A DNA stretch of 64,000 bases from Candidatus Kaiserbacteria bacterium (GTDB taxonomy: Bacteria > Patescibacteriota > Minisyncoccia > Phycocordibacterales > JABAAK01). The DNA lies in contig JAPPJI010000021.1 of assembly GCA_028820405.1 (NCBI GenBank), forward strand, positions 2,770 to 66,769. Reading direction: 5' to 3'. The translations under genes and the position numbers were made by a program. The notes beneath the pieces are model-generated. The model ran no database searches. It was given only the letters and a program-made list of their open reading frames with translations, and was not told where the DNA came from. Of this stretch, positions 46,353 through 56,409 are shown piece by piece. Each line of letters opens with the position of its first letter. The first letter of the stretch is position 1.

Positions 46353-47204
46353 ATGATTGTACAAAAAGATCAAAATGGTGCACCTTCTCACGGTATACTG
46401 GTACTGTTTGTACCTATGTTTTTACGTGCTCAACGATTTGCAATTTCTGCCACCTACTCACGTATCTTCCATATTGTGTCGGTCGTCTTTGACGTAACGA
46501 GCATTACCTATTTTATCTGGTCGTTTTTCTTCCTTGACGCACCGCTCGTTCACTTTGAGATTACGCTCGGTGTCTATTTTGCTGTTGAGTACCTGCTCAT
46601 GTTTCTCGCGAGCGAAAACGGCTGGCGGTACGTCAAGCATCCGTTGGCGGTATCAAATGCCCTCATCATTATCGGCTACCTCGCCGTGCCGTTCTCCAAC
46701 TTCGGATTCCTCCGTATCCTCCGGGCATTTCGTATCATTCACCTCTACCAACTCATCCCCGACTTCCGCCTCCTCACCAACCGGATTATTCTCTGGGAAA
46801 AATTTCTCGCCATTATCGTACACGTCTTTGTTCTCGTCTTCATCATCACCGAAGCGGTCTTTGTTCTCCAGGCACCGATCAACCCGGAGATCAACATGCG
46901 CTTTGACGCCTTCTACTACACCGTGAACGCGATAACAAAGGTGGGTGACGGTGATACCATTGCGCTCGTCGGCGTTCAGGGGAAAATCATCACCCTTATC
47001 ATTGCACTGATCAGCCTCTCTATCTTTGTGCAGCTGCTTGACATGGCACGATCCGTGCAAACGATTCAGCTGCGAAAGCGGCGAAGACTCCCGAAAGAAA
47101 TTTACTCCGAACACCTCTGCACGTACTGTGATATAAAAAATCGGGAAAAAATGGCAACGGCACCGAAACGAAAGAAACGGAAAAAGGGTCGTCGCGGTGT
47201 ATGA
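46353..47204 (+). CDS. cation channel with S4-like segment and NaK-like GDG selectivity filter
   Basis: 6-TM layout. S4-like LRILRAFRIIHL. Pore FYYTVNAITKVGDGD aligns with the K-channel FWWxxVTxTTVGYGD, but GYG is replaced by GDG (as in the non-selective NaK, TVGDG). Confidence 0.6.
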   Translation: MIVQKDQNGAPSHGILVLFVPMFLRAQRFAISATYSRIFHIVSVVFDVTSITYFIWSFFFLDAPLVHFEITLGVYFAVEYLLMFLASENGWRYVKHPLAVSNALIIIGYLAVPFSNFGFLRILRAFRIIHLYQLIPDFRLLTNRIILWEKFLAIIVHVFVLVFIITEAVFVLQAPINPEINMRFDAFYYTVNAITKVGDGDTIALVGVQGKIITLIIALISLSIFVQLLDMARSVQTIQLRKRRRLPKEIYSEHLCTYCDIKNREKMATAPKRKKRKKGRRGV

Positions 47205-47712
47205 TGCATCTATGACGCTCTCTGTCATCTCCGCACTTATCATCGTCTCCGCCATCCTCTATTTCGCCCTCCCCATTGACACGATCAGAGAGCGGGCAAG
47301 CCGAGAAATTAGCGGTGCAGAAAAAGACGGCTGGACATCTTTTTCCAGCCTCTCTGAGAGCGTGCAACAGGCCTTTGACGATGACCCGGACAGCTCCGTT
47401 ATGCAAGACATGTTTTCGCTTCCCGTCAGCGGAACCGTTGTCTCAGATATCACCAGCGAAGCATTGGCGGACGACAAAACCGTGCTTCGATGGCAAGAAC
47501 CGGAAAGCGAAGAAACGGTACGACAATATCGTATCTTTCTCTATGAAAAAAGTAATTGCAACGGATCACCCCTTTCAACATCTGAGACAGAAACGAACTC
47601 AATAACCCTGCCGATCCCACAGAGCGTACGGTCACTGAGTGTCCAGGCACGCTACGAAGATGCGGTAAGTATCCCTACCTGCTCGCCGAGACAGACATCG
47701 CCGATTCAATAG
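47197..47712 (+). CDS. hypothetical membrane-anchored protein
   Basis: N-terminal TM (LSVISALIIVSAILYFALP) followed by a Ser/Thr/Glu-rich region. It overlaps the rpe 3' end on the opposite strand. Confidence 0.3.
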   Translation: MYDASMTLSVISALIIVSAILYFALPIDTIRERASREISGAEKDGWTSFSSLSESVQQAFDDDPDSSVMQDMFSLPVSGTVVSDITSEALADDKTVLRWQEPESEETVRQYRIFLYEKSNCNGSPLSTSETETNSITLPIPQSVRSLSVQARYEDAVSIPTCSPRQTSPIQ

Positions 47713-48355
47713 CGTCGGTATTGCCGGACACATCCCCCCGGAAAAGTGCTGACCCGACAGCCAGACAGGAAGCTCCTGCTTCAATCAGTTCCGGAATCGT
47801 CTTTGGCGAAACACCGCCATCTACGGCAACAGGAACTCCCGGGCAGAGATCCTGAACAGCCTGCATGAGGTTGAGAACACGACGATCATACGGCTCCCCC
47901 TGTCTGCCGATGTCTTTGATTCCCATACACTGTATACCGTCAAGGTGATCTGAAACGGTTTCCAGAGTGCTGATGTCATCGTCAATAACAACACCGACAT
48001 ATGCTTCTGATCCCGCATCCCGCACCTGCTGTAGGCATCGCTTGATATGCCGTGTTGATGAGAGGTGTACAGAGACTCGACGGGCACCGGAGAGGAGCCA
48101 TTGATCCAGCACCTCTTCCGGACGGTCAATCATGAGGTCAAGGTCATGAGAGAGGGTGATGTTGTGCAGTCGCTGCACTGCCGCATCAACTGTCTCGCCG
48201 GATGCATACGGCCACGTCTGCCCCGGTGCATGAACCCCGTCAACGATGTCAATGTGCACTCGGGAAAACAGGTCATCAACCCGATAAACACTTTGGGCAA
48301 TGTCATCAAATGACTCAGCAAGAATTGCGGGAATAATCTCCGGCTTCATACGCAT
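47675..48355 (-). CDS. rpe: ribulose-phosphate 3-epimerase
   Basis: PAILAESF start. HIDIVDG, VDGGV and the TIM-barrel pattern. Confidence 0.85.
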   Translation of the reverse strand: MRMKPEIIPAILAESFDDIAQSVYRVDDLFSRVHIDIVDGVHAPGQTWPYASGETVDAAVQRLHNITLSHDLDLMIDRPEEVLDQWLLSGARRVSVHLSSTRHIKRCLQQVRDAGSEAYVGVVIDDDISTLETVSDHLDGIQCMGIKDIGRQGEPYDRRVLNLMQAVQDLCPGVPVAVDGGVSPKTIPELIEAGASCLAVGSALFRGDVSGNTDAIESAMSVSASR

Positions 48356-48357
48356 CT

Positions 48358-48804
48358 TTACCCCTCATCAATCTGTTGCACCCGACGTTCGTGCCGATCT
48401 TCATATGAAAAAGGTGTCGTGAGAAACAGGCGTATCGCTTCTTCTGCCTCACTGTTTGAAACCAGCCGTGCACCGATTGAGAGAACATTCGCATCATTGT
48501 GCTGCCGACCAAGCAGAACGATCTCGGTGTTGTGTGCAGGATAGACGATGGCACGAACCCCTTTATACCGATTCGCCACAATAGCCTCACCCTGACCGGA
48601 CCCGCCAAAGAGAATGCCGAAAGCGTTTGGTGTTTTTGTCAGACGGTCGGCGGCGTCTTTCATGTACCGGGGATAATGATCTGTCGGGTAGAATTGCGTT
48701 GCACCGACATCCTCTATTCGTTTATACCCCTCATCTTCAAGGAACGATTTAATATGTTCCTTCATTTCAAACCCTGCATGGTCGGCTGAAAGAATAATTG
48801 TCAT
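48358..48804 (-). CDS. rpiB: ribose-5-phosphate isomerase B (RpiB/LacAB family)
   Basis: IILSADHAGF...GILFGGSGQGEAIVANR signature. Confidence 0.85.
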   Translation of the reverse strand: MTIILSADHAGFEMKEHIKSFLEDEGYKRIEDVGATQFYPTDHYPRYMKDAADRLTKTPNAFGILFGGSGQGEAIVANRYKGVRAIVYPAHNTEIVLLGRQHNDANVLSIGARLVSNSEAEEAIRLFLTTPFSYEDRHERRVQQIDEG

Positions 48805-48811
48805 GTCATCT

Positions 48812-49810
48812 TTAAACATACTTTGTGTGATATATCAGCGACTGTGCATACCCGTACTCGTTATCGTACCAGAGAAATACCTTCACCAACGTACCGTTCA
48901 CCACACGGGTCAGCGAAAGATCGGCAATCGCAACAAAGGGTCTGCCGATAACGTCTGATGAAACAATCTGCTCAGTTGTTGTTGTAAAGAGAGCATTTTC
49001 GCCGGATTGCAGTGCATCATTAACCTCCTTGATAGTTGTCGGCCTCTTTGCAATGAAGGTGAGATCAACGAGGGACCCTGACACCGTCGGAACACGAAGT
49101 GACATTCCGTCAAATCGATGTTTCAGATCAGGGAGTGCTTCCGTTGTTGCAACAGCCGCACCTGTCGTTGACGGAATAATATTTTGAGCCGCTGCACGAC
49201 CAAGCCGGTAGTTACTCTTCTTTTCAGAAGGACCGTCAACGACATTCTGTGTTGCGGTGTAGCTGTGAACGGTGGTGAGGATTGCACTTGCAACACCGAT
49301 GTCCTCGTCAAGAATGCTCAATGGCAAACCGACTGCGTTAGTGGTACATGACGCATTTGACGTAATGAGGCATTTTTTTGCATGCTTCTCGTTGATACCG
49401 ACAAGCACCACCCCGGCAGTGACATTCTCAGGCGGCGGATCTTTAACCGGTGCGGTGACAATAACGTGCTTCGCTCCGGCAATAATATGGGTATATGCTT
49501 TTTCGTACGATGCGAAGACACCGGTCGCCTCAATGACAACGTCAACTCCCATCGTTCGCCACGGCAACTCGGACGGATTCTTCATCGAAAACCAAGAAAT
49601 CTCTTTTTTTCCGATACGAAGTGCACCGTCCGATGCGGTCACCGATGCATCTATCGGTCCATACACGGTGTCGTGGGTGAGAAGGTATGCGCCCATTTCA
49701 CTGTCCGAAAGGTCATTGATAGCGACGATATTAATATCTTTGCACCCCTGTGCAAGACGAACATATGCTCGACCAATCCTCCCGAACCCGTTAATGGCCA
49801 CCTTCTTCAT
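48812..49810 (-). CDS. gap: glyceraldehyde-3-phosphate dehydrogenase
   Basis: INGFGRIGR NAD-binding start and ASCTTN catalytic Cys motif. Confidence 0.9.
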   Translation of the reverse strand: MKKVAINGFGRIGRAYVRLAQGCKDINIVAINDLSDSEMGAYLLTHDTVYGPIDASVTASDGALRIGKKEISWFSMKNPSELPWRTMGVDVVIEATGVFASYEKAYTHIIAGAKHVIVTAPVKDPPPENVTAGVVLVGINEKHAKKCLITSNASCTTNAVGLPLSILDEDIGVASAILTTVHSYTATQNVVDGPSEKKSNYRLGRAAAQNIIPSTTGAAVATTEALPDLKHRFDGMSLRVPTVSGSLVDLTFIAKRPTTIKEVNDALQSGENALFTTTTEQIVSSDVIGRPFVAIADLSLTRVVNGTLVKVFLWYDNEYGYAQSLIYHTKYV

Positions 49811-49839
49811 GCCTGTTGGTAGTATACCAGCAAAACATG

Positions 49840-50229
49840 TTACAACTCCTGAAAAAATTCTATGATTACCTCCGCCATCCTGTTACACGCCTCGTATGAC
49901 AAATTATTTTCCTTGATGCACTGCACCGTTATCGACCTTTTCAAATCACCATGAAACTGCTCAATGCACCAGGAAGCATCAAACACCTCCTCCCCGTGTT
50001 TTGCCACTTCCTTTTGACAGAAATCATCAATGAACCGTTTAATGTTTTCAAACATCCGCTTCGTATCAGCATCCTGATCAATGCCGTCCCGAAATACTTC
50101 TTTCGTCGGTTCAGCCGAATCGTGATCAGTATCCTGCGAGACAAATGAACTGATACCTCCAACGGCAACTGCACCGGTGACAAGCAGTATGATACTTTTT
50201 GTCTTTCTGCTTCTTGGCACCTCCGTCAT
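49840..50229 (-). CDS. hypothetical secreted/membrane-anchored protein (129 aa)
   Basis: N-terminal hydrophobic segment (IILLVTGAVAVGG). No known motif. Confidence 0.35.
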   Translation of the reverse strand: MTEVPRSRKTKSIILLVTGAVAVGGISSFVSQDTDHDSAEPTKEVFRDGIDQDADTKRMFENIKRFIDDFCQKEVAKHGEEVFDASWCIEQFHGDLKRSITVQCIKENNLSYEACNRMAEVIIEFFQEL

Positions 50230-50238
50230 ACTACTTCA

Positions 50239-51654
50239 TCATCCGTCACTGAGTTTCTGATGCATGATCTCTTGCACCCGAACCGGATTTGCAGATCCTT
50301 TCGTCTCCTTCATAACCTGACCGACCAAAAACTGCAACACCTGTTCCTTGCCGGATCGATACTCGTCAACAACAGCAGGGTTTTGTTCCAGAACGGCGAG
50401 CACAGCTGTGGTGAGTGCATCGTCATCTGAAGTTTGAAAGAGACCCTCCTGCTCGGCAACAGCTTTCGGAGAACCGCCTTGCTTTGCGATAACGGCAATG
50501 GTATCTTTCGCACCCCGTGACGACAGCTCGCCGGCACGAATCATCTGCACCAACTCAGCCATCACCTCACCCGTTATTCGTTCGTATACGGCATCACCAA
50601 CTGTTTCTTCGTACTGCAACACATCAGAGGTGAGATAGTTTGCTATGGTTTTCGCGTCATCGCCGTCAACACGCTGCAGAGCTTCATCAAATATTTCCCC
50701 GAGCTTTTGATTTTTCACCAACAGCGCAGCATGTTTTTCCTGAATGCCGACAGTGTCAGCGTATCGATGCATTCTCTGCACCGGCAGCTCCGGTATTGTC
50801 TTGAGCAGCTCATCACGCTGCCAACCTGAAACATCCCCAAGCACAAGCGACGGTATGTCAGGATCCGGCATATACCGGTACTCCTCTGATGTTTCCTTAA
50901 GCCGCTGTGACACAGTCTTACCCGTATTCTCGTTCCACCCTCTCGTCTCTTGCACCACAGATTCCCCTTTCTCAAGCAGCGACGTCTGCCGCTCTATTTC
51001 ATATGCAATAGACCCCGCAACCGCCTTGAATGAATTCAGGTTCTTCACCTCAACTTTGGTACCGAGATCATCGGTATTGCTTACCGATATGTTCGCCTCA
51101 ACCCGCATCTCTCCCCATTCCATTCTTGCACTTGCCGCACCGAGATACTGCAAGGTCATCTGTAACATCGTGGCAAACGCCGCTGCTTTTTCTGGTGAAT
51201 GTATAACCGGCTCAGTCACCAGCTCCATAAGCGGCACCCCCGACCGATTGAAATCAATCGCAGAACCCTGCGTGCAAACATCATGCGAACTTTTTGCCGT
51301 GTCTTCTTCAAGGTGAATTCGCTGAATGCCGACATCAAGAAGCATGGCATGTTTGACTAACGGGTGTTCGTACTGACTGATCTGATACCCTTTCGGAATG
51401 TCGGGATAGAAGTAGTGTTTTCGATCGAACTTGGTGTCCGATGCAAGGTCTCCCCCCAATGCGGCACCGATCCTGAGCACATGCTCAATAGCTTTCTTAT
51501 TGATATACGGCAGTGCACCGGGATAGCCGATGCAGACCGGACAGACATGCATGTTCGTCTCCGCACTGCTCGGATCATTCTTGCAGCCGCAAAAAAGCTT
51601 GCTCTCCGTCAAAAGCTCAACGTGCACCTCAAGTCCGATCGTCGGTTTATACAT
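50239..51654 (-). CDS. gatB: Asp-tRNA(Asn)/Glu-tRNA(Gln) amidotransferase subunit B
   Basis: YKPTIGLEVHVELLTESKLFCGC start and the C-terminal GatB/YqeY domain. Confidence 0.9.
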   Translation of the reverse strand: MYKPTIGLEVHVELLTESKLFCGCKNDPSSAETNMHVCPVCIGYPGALPYINKKAIEHVLRIGAALGGDLASDTKFDRKHYFYPDIPKGYQISQYEHPLVKHAMLLDVGIQRIHLEEDTAKSSHDVCTQGSAIDFNRSGVPLMELVTEPVIHSPEKAAAFATMLQMTLQYLGAASARMEWGEMRVEANISVSNTDDLGTKVEVKNLNSFKAVAGSIAYEIERQTSLLEKGESVVQETRGWNENTGKTVSQRLKETSEEYRYMPDPDIPSLVLGDVSGWQRDELLKTIPELPVQRMHRYADTVGIQEKHAALLVKNQKLGEIFDEALQRVDGDDAKTIANYLTSDVLQYEETVGDAVYERITGEVMAELVQMIRAGELSSRGAKDTIAVIAKQGGSPKAVAEQEGLFQTSDDDALTTAVLAVLEQNPAVVDEYRSGKEQVLQFLVGQVMKETKGSANPVRVQEIMHQKLSDG

Positions 51655-51679
51655 GCTCACCAGTATAGCAGAGCACACT

Positions 51680-52645
51680 CTACCGCCGCTTTGAGCCGGA
51701 AACTCTTCGAATGATTTCTTTTCCCACCTTCATGACTGAATCGTCATCAAGCACTGTCAGGGTTAACGTGCCCGGCGGCAGTGCACGCAATTTTTCCTGC
51801 ACCGCAGACTCGCTCACGGTATCAGTCTTTGAGAGCACAACCATCTCTTCCTTTTTTCCAAGATCGCGGCGATATGCACTGAGCTCACCCCGAACGGTCT
51901 GGTACGCACCCGCAACATCTTCTTCCGCTGACACAAGATGGACGAGTACCTTCGTGCGTGAGATATGTTTCAAAAATGAATGACCCAGCCCTTTCCCTTC
52001 AGAGGCATGCTCAATGATACCGGGGATGTCGGCAAGCGTGTAACCGTTGTAGACACCGAGGTTCGGGTCCAGCGTGGTAAACGGGTACGCACCGACACCT
52101 GCACGTGCATTGGTGAGGGCGTTGAGGAACGATGACTTCCCTGCATTTGGCAAACCGATGATGCCTGCTTCCGCAATCATGTTCAGTTCGATGAAAAACG
52201 TATACGATTGGGGCTCCTGTCCGCTCGTTGCCGTCATCGGCGTTGTGTTCCGAGAACTCTTAAAATGTGCATTGCCGAGACCGCCGGCTCCGCCGGATGC
52301 CACCAGCACCTTTTCTCCTTCCTCAAGGAGTTCAAACGTCTCGCGAGTCACCGTATTTGTAACAATGGATCCGATCGGCACGGATACAACGAGATCAGAA
52401 CCATTTTTCCCGGACTGCAGATTGCCGCTGCCGTCCGTACCGTTCTCTGCCTGCATTACCTTTCTTTCTGCATATCGACCCAGGGCAAAAATATCACGAA
52501 CCGTCTGAACATAGACGTCGCCGCCACGACCGCCATTCCCGCCGTCCGGTCCTCCTTTGGGAACGTACTTTCTTCTCAGCCAGTGGACACTCCCGTCGCC
52601 GCCACGACCGCCCGACAGTGTCAATGTTCTCTCGTCAACCAACAT
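51680..52645 (-). CDS. obg: GTPase Obg
   Basis: Gly-rich Obg fold (KGGPDGGNGGRGGDVY). G-domain motifs (GLPNAGKSSFLNALT, DIPG). Confidence 0.9.
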   Translation of the reverse strand: MLVDERTLTLSGGRGGDGSVHWLRRKYVPKGGPDGGNGGRGGDVYVQTVRDIFALGRYAERKVMQAENGTDGSGNLQSGKNGSDLVVSVPIGSIVTNTVTRETFELLEEGEKVLVASGGAGGLGNAHFKSSRNTTPMTATSGQEPQSYTFFIELNMIAEAGIIGLPNAGKSSFLNALTNARAGVGAYPFTTLDPNLGVYNGYTLADIPGIIEHASEGKGLGHSFLKHISRTKVLVHLVSAEEDVAGAYQTVRGELSAYRRDLGKKEEMVVLSKTDTVSESAVQEKLRALPPGTLTLTVLDDDSVMKVGKEIIRRVSGSKRR

Positions 52646-52649
52646 ACCG

Positions 52650-53024
52650 TTATCGCATTACTTTTCGTAATATCCCAAGCATGCCACCGAGAAGAACTCC
52701 GTGCAACCACGAGGTAACTATGAATGGATCAAAGAAATGTGCAATGGTGTAGACAATACCGACAGAGAGAGCGATGGAGGTGAGACCGAAGGTGATGAGA
52801 CGAAGCGGTGTGAGGAGTACCTTGAGAACAGGATGAATGGCAATATCAATGATAACAACAATAATGGTGAGGAAAAGAAATGAGGCAACATAGTCGTATC
52901 CGTCTCCGGTCAATGAAATACCGCTGAGGTAGTGCAAACCTGCATACAGAACCGCACCGGTTAAAAGGAGGCGGAACAGAATTCTTTGCACGAGACCACC
53001 AAGCATAGGTGCAGTATATCGCAC
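52650..53024 (-). CDS. 4-TM membrane protein resembling the PF04020 'phage holin 4_2' family
   Basis: 124 aa. The pattern VIIDIAIHPVLKVLLTPLRLITFGLTSIALSVGIVYTIAHFF resembles the PF04020 consensus. Its start abuts the stop of the RelE-like ORF. Confidence 0.45.
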   Translation of the reverse strand: MRYTAPMLGGLVQRILFRLLLTGAVLYAGLHYLSGISLTGDGYDYVASFLFLTIIVVIIDIAIHPVLKVLLTPLRLITFGLTSIALSVGIVYTIAHFFDPFIVTSWLHGVLLGGMLGILRKVMR

Positions 53025-53468
53025 CTATCGCCTCACCTTGTTTGTTTCAAGGTGATTTTCAGTGATGGCAACGACATAGAACACCCTCTTACTCTCAATA
53101 CTAAAATGAAAAATCCGTGACTTTCCTTGCAGTTTGATCTCTTTCAAGTCAACATCATCAGGAAGTCCGCTGAAGAGCTTTTTATACTCACCATCCCGCC
53201 TCACCGGCTTATACTGCAATGAGTATTTTTGATAATCAGCCGGCGATCGAATTTCTGTCCCAACCTTTTTGAGAACCTCAAGAGTTTTTTTTGCCTTGTT
53301 CCCTTTCAAAACGGAGAGGTTGCCCACCTTATCGTTATACGTCGCAAATGAAATAACATACGGCATTGCCTCCGGTGCTTCCGTTTCCTGAGAGACCTCG
53401 TTAACTTTTTGAGGAATCTTTATACGTCCACCAGCCGTTTTCGTTACCGGTCTCGGAATACTTGACAT
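53025..53468 (-). CDS. candidate toxin with RelE/ParE-like pattern, partner of the upstream Panacea antitoxin
   Basis: The C-terminal LQGKSRIFHFSIESKRVFYVVAITENH resembles the RelE/ParE core (G..YRIRVGDYRIIY...V.IL.IGHR). The real start may be the internal ATG near 53366, giving 114 aa. Confidence 0.4.
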   Translation of the reverse strand: MSSIPRPVTKTAGGRIKIPQKVNEVSQETEAPEAMPYVISFATYNDKVGNLSVLKGNKAKKTLEVLKKVGTEIRSPADYQKYSLQYKPVRRDGEYKKLFSGLPDDVDLKEIKLQGKSRIFHFSIESKRVFYVVAITENHLETNKVRR

Positions 53469-53474
53469 TGACCG

Positions 53475-53972
53475 TTATTTTACTGCCAACCCTTCCATCT
53501 TTGCGGTATAGAAAGCTTTCATGTCTCTGCGAGGTATCTCCCTGTCCGAGATCTCATGCTCATTAAGACCGTTTCTTGCATCCTGCCACGGCTTCTCTGA
53601 GTGGGTAAGGAATTCCAGGTACGCAGCATCAAACGAACCGTACACATCCCACACCTCGTCGATAACGTGCTTGCCTTTGGGAGGAATGCTGATACTTTTT
53701 TCATCAACTACTTCATCTATCGGATCAAACCCATACCGCTTATACCGCAAATACAAACTTCGCACCGCCGGACCATGAACCCACGCCTCGATAGGATCAT
53801 TGAAAAGTTTTTTCCCGTTCAATACGAGAGACCACGCCTGAGAATAGTACACGAGCTTTTGCAGCTTCTTGTTCGTTAATGGTTTCTTCTCTGCTCCCGC
53901 ACGATAGATAAGGTATCGTCCAACATCAAGAGCGGTGACTGTTTTTCTTTGCGTACCCATACTTAGATACAC
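53475..53972 (-). CDS. Panacea-domain (DUF4065, SocA-like) putative antitoxin
   Basis: KLQKLVYYSQAWSLVLNGKKLFNDPIEAWVHGPAVRSLYLRYKRYG matches the DUF4065 core. Confidence 0.7.
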   Translation of the reverse strand: MYLSMGTQRKTVTALDVGRYLIYRAGAEKKPLTNKKLQKLVYYSQAWSLVLNGKKLFNDPIEAWVHGPAVRSLYLRYKRYGFDPIDEVVDEKSISIPPKGKHVIDEVWDVYGSFDAAYLEFLTHSEKPWQDARNGLNEHEISDREIPRRDMKAFYTAKMEGLAVK

Positions 53973-54014
53973 TCTGCCTGATTCGTAAGGAAAAAGAAAG
54001 GATCGATGCAGAAC

Positions 54015-56288
54015 TTACTCCTCCGCCACTTTCGCAACACTTTGCAATGACTCCTTCACCTTCTCTTTCACGTGATCCCAGAATCCCTGGAACAGACGGG
54101 CACCTTCCCGCTTGTACTCCATCAACGGTTCACGCTGTCCGTACGATCGCAAGTTTGCACTGCTCCGTGCGTAGTCCATCAATTCCAAGTGTTCCATCCA
54201 TGCAACGTCAATACTGCGAAGCACCGCACGACGAAGCGTCTCTGTCGGCACTGCTTCTCCGTTTTCTCCGACAAGATCGTCACGAGAAAAAAAGTCAGCG
54301 AGCACACCTTGGTCATCAGTGAGAAGCATTGATCGGCGTTTTTTGTATACCTCAGACCGATGTTTATCGAGCACCGTATCATACTCAAGACTGAACCGAC
54401 GCGAATCAAAGTGGTGCCCTTCAATACGTTTCTGTGCACTTTCAATCGACTTTGATATCATCTTATTCTGTATCGCCTGGTCTTCCGGAAGACCCATCTT
54501 CTGTGCAACAGAACGAATCCTGTCAGATCCGAAGATGCGTGCCAGGTCATCCTCAAGAGAAATGAAGAACTGTGTCTCACCCTCATCACCCTGCCGTCCG
54601 CAGCGACCGCGAAGCTGATCATCAATACGACGTGACTCATGCCGTTCGGTACCGAGCACAAAGAGTCCGCCCAACTTTTTGATATCTTCAGGACGATCAG
54701 CACCGTCCGCACCGCCAAGCTTAATGTCCACACCACGACCGGCGAGGTTCGTTGCAATCGTCACCATCCCGCGACGGCCCGCCTGTGCGATAACCTCTCC
54801 TTCCTGTTCATGATTTTTTGCATTCAGCACTTCATGCGGCACTTTCTTCTTTTTGAGCCGCTTTGAGATCTCTTCACTGTGATCAATAGATGTTGTCCCG
54901 ACCAGCACCGGCTGCCCTTTTTCGTGGAGCTCCTGTATTTTTTTCACCGCCGCACGGAGTTTCGCCGGTCTCGTCGAATAAATAACATCGGAGTGATCAA
55001 CCCGCTGCACCGGTTTGTTTGTCGGAATTGAGAGCACCGGCACTTTGTACACTTTGTAGAACTCTTCTTCTGAAGAGAGGGCGGTTCCGGTCATCCCTGC
55101 GAGCTTATCGTACATGCGAAAGTAGTTTTGAAAGGTTATTGACGCATAGGTTCGTGTCTCCTGCTGCACCTTGACCCCCTCTTTCGCCTCAATAGCCTGG
55201 TGCAACCCTTCACTCCATTGCCGTCCCGGCTGCAGCCGTCCCGTGAACTCGTCGACGATAACGATGGATCCGTCCCGAACAACGTACTGTCGATCTTTGG
55301 TAAAGAGAGATTTTGCCTTGAGGGCATTCTGAAGGTAGTGAACCGCACGCTGCGATCCTTCAACGTATACGTTCTCTACCTTGAGAATACGCTCAAACTT
55401 TTGTATACCGTCCGGTGTCAATGATACCGCACGCTGTTTCTCATCAATGGTATAGTCTTTTTCTTCCTCAAGTGTGTCCGCAAATGTCGCAAACTGTGTG
55501 TAGTGGGAAGCGGGTATCTCAACCGGACTTGATATGATAAGCGGGCTTCGTGCTTCGTCAATGAGAATGGAGTCCACTTCGTCAACAATTGCAAAGTGAA
55601 ACCCCCGATGACGAATGTTATCTTTCTCGTACTCAATGTTGTCTCTGAGGTAGTCAAAGACAAACTCGTTGTTCGTACCGTACACAATGTCTGATGCATA
55701 CACATCCTTTCGGGGTACGTCCCGCAAAAACTCATGCACCACTTTATACGCTCCTTCTTCATCACGCTCTTTGTCGTGGTCACGGTGGTCCGGGTCATAT
55801 CGATACGACTGGTTCTGACTGTTCACGACACCGACGGTCATGCCGAGAAAGGAAAATACCTGCCCCATCCATACCGCATCACGACGGGCAAGGTAGTCAT
55901 TAACGGTCACGATGTGCACAGAATTGCCGGACAGTGCATTGAGGTACGCAGGAAGCACTGCAACGAGTGTTTTTCCCTCACCGGTCCGCATTTCTGCAAT
56001 TGATCCGTTGTGAATTGCCATGCCGCCAATGACTTGCACATTAAACGGATCCATGCCCGTTGTTCGCCGAGCGGCCTCACAGACAACTGCAAATGCCTCT
56101 TCGAGAATACTATCAAGCGTTGCACCGCCTTTTACTGCCACACGAAAATCATCAGTTTTCTTCCGTAGTGCGTCATCCGACTCTTTAGCGAGTTCTTTCC
56201 GGCGAGATTCAATAGCTGCAACGGATGCTTTCACCCGACGCACGTACCGTTTTGATTCCGTTCCGAGGATGAAATCAAGGAGAGCCAT
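54015..56288 (-). CDS. secA: preprotein translocase ATPase SecA
   Basis: DEAD-like motor (MRTGEGKTLVAVL, DEVDSILIDEARSPLIIS), preprotein cross-linking domain and C-terminal helical scaffold. The start is set at MALLDF (~56288). Confidence 0.95.
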   Translation of the reverse strand: MALLDFILGTESKRYVRRVKASVAAIESRRKELAKESDDALRKKTDDFRVAVKGGATLDSILEEAFAVVCEAARRTTGMDPFNVQVIGGMAIHNGSIAEMRTGEGKTLVAVLPAYLNALSGNSVHIVTVNDYLARRDAVWMGQVFSFLGMTVGVVNSQNQSYRYDPDHRDHDKERDEEGAYKVVHEFLRDVPRKDVYASDIVYGTNNEFVFDYLRDNIEYEKDNIRHRGFHFAIVDEVDSILIDEARSPLIISSPVEIPASHYTQFATFADTLEEEKDYTIDEKQRAVSLTPDGIQKFERILKVENVYVEGSQRAVHYLQNALKAKSLFTKDRQYVVRDGSIVIVDEFTGRLQPGRQWSEGLHQAIEAKEGVKVQQETRTYASITFQNYFRMYDKLAGMTGTALSSEEEFYKVYKVPVLSIPTNKPVQRVDHSDVIYSTRPAKLRAAVKKIQELHEKGQPVLVGTTSIDHSEEISKRLKKKKVPHEVLNAKNHEQEGEVIAQAGRRGMVTIATNLAGRGVDIKLGGADGADRPEDIKKLGGLFVLGTERHESRRIDDQLRGRCGRQGDEGETQFFISLEDDLARIFGSDRIRSVAQKMGLPEDQAIQNKMISKSIESAQKRIEGHHFDSRRFSLEYDTVLDKHRSEVYKKRRSMLLTDDQGVLADFFSRDDLVGENGEAVPTETLRRAVLRSIDVAWMEHLELMDYARSSANLRSYGQREPLMEYKREGARLFQGFWDHVKEKVKESLQSVAKVAEE

Positions 56289-56409
56289 ATACGAGATATA
56301 TAGTATATGCGGTACACGCTCCTGTACACCCCTGCAAGACAAAAACACCCGCACATGGGTGTTTTTGCCAACCGTCGCATGCGACGATTTGTAAAAGAAC
56401 GTCCTACAC

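Noticed and set aside
46458-47255. Antisense ORFs (46458-46640, 46653-47255) opposite the ion-channel gene
   Set aside because: They overlap a gene with clear TM and pore-loop signatures. Acidic/His-rich shadow composition.
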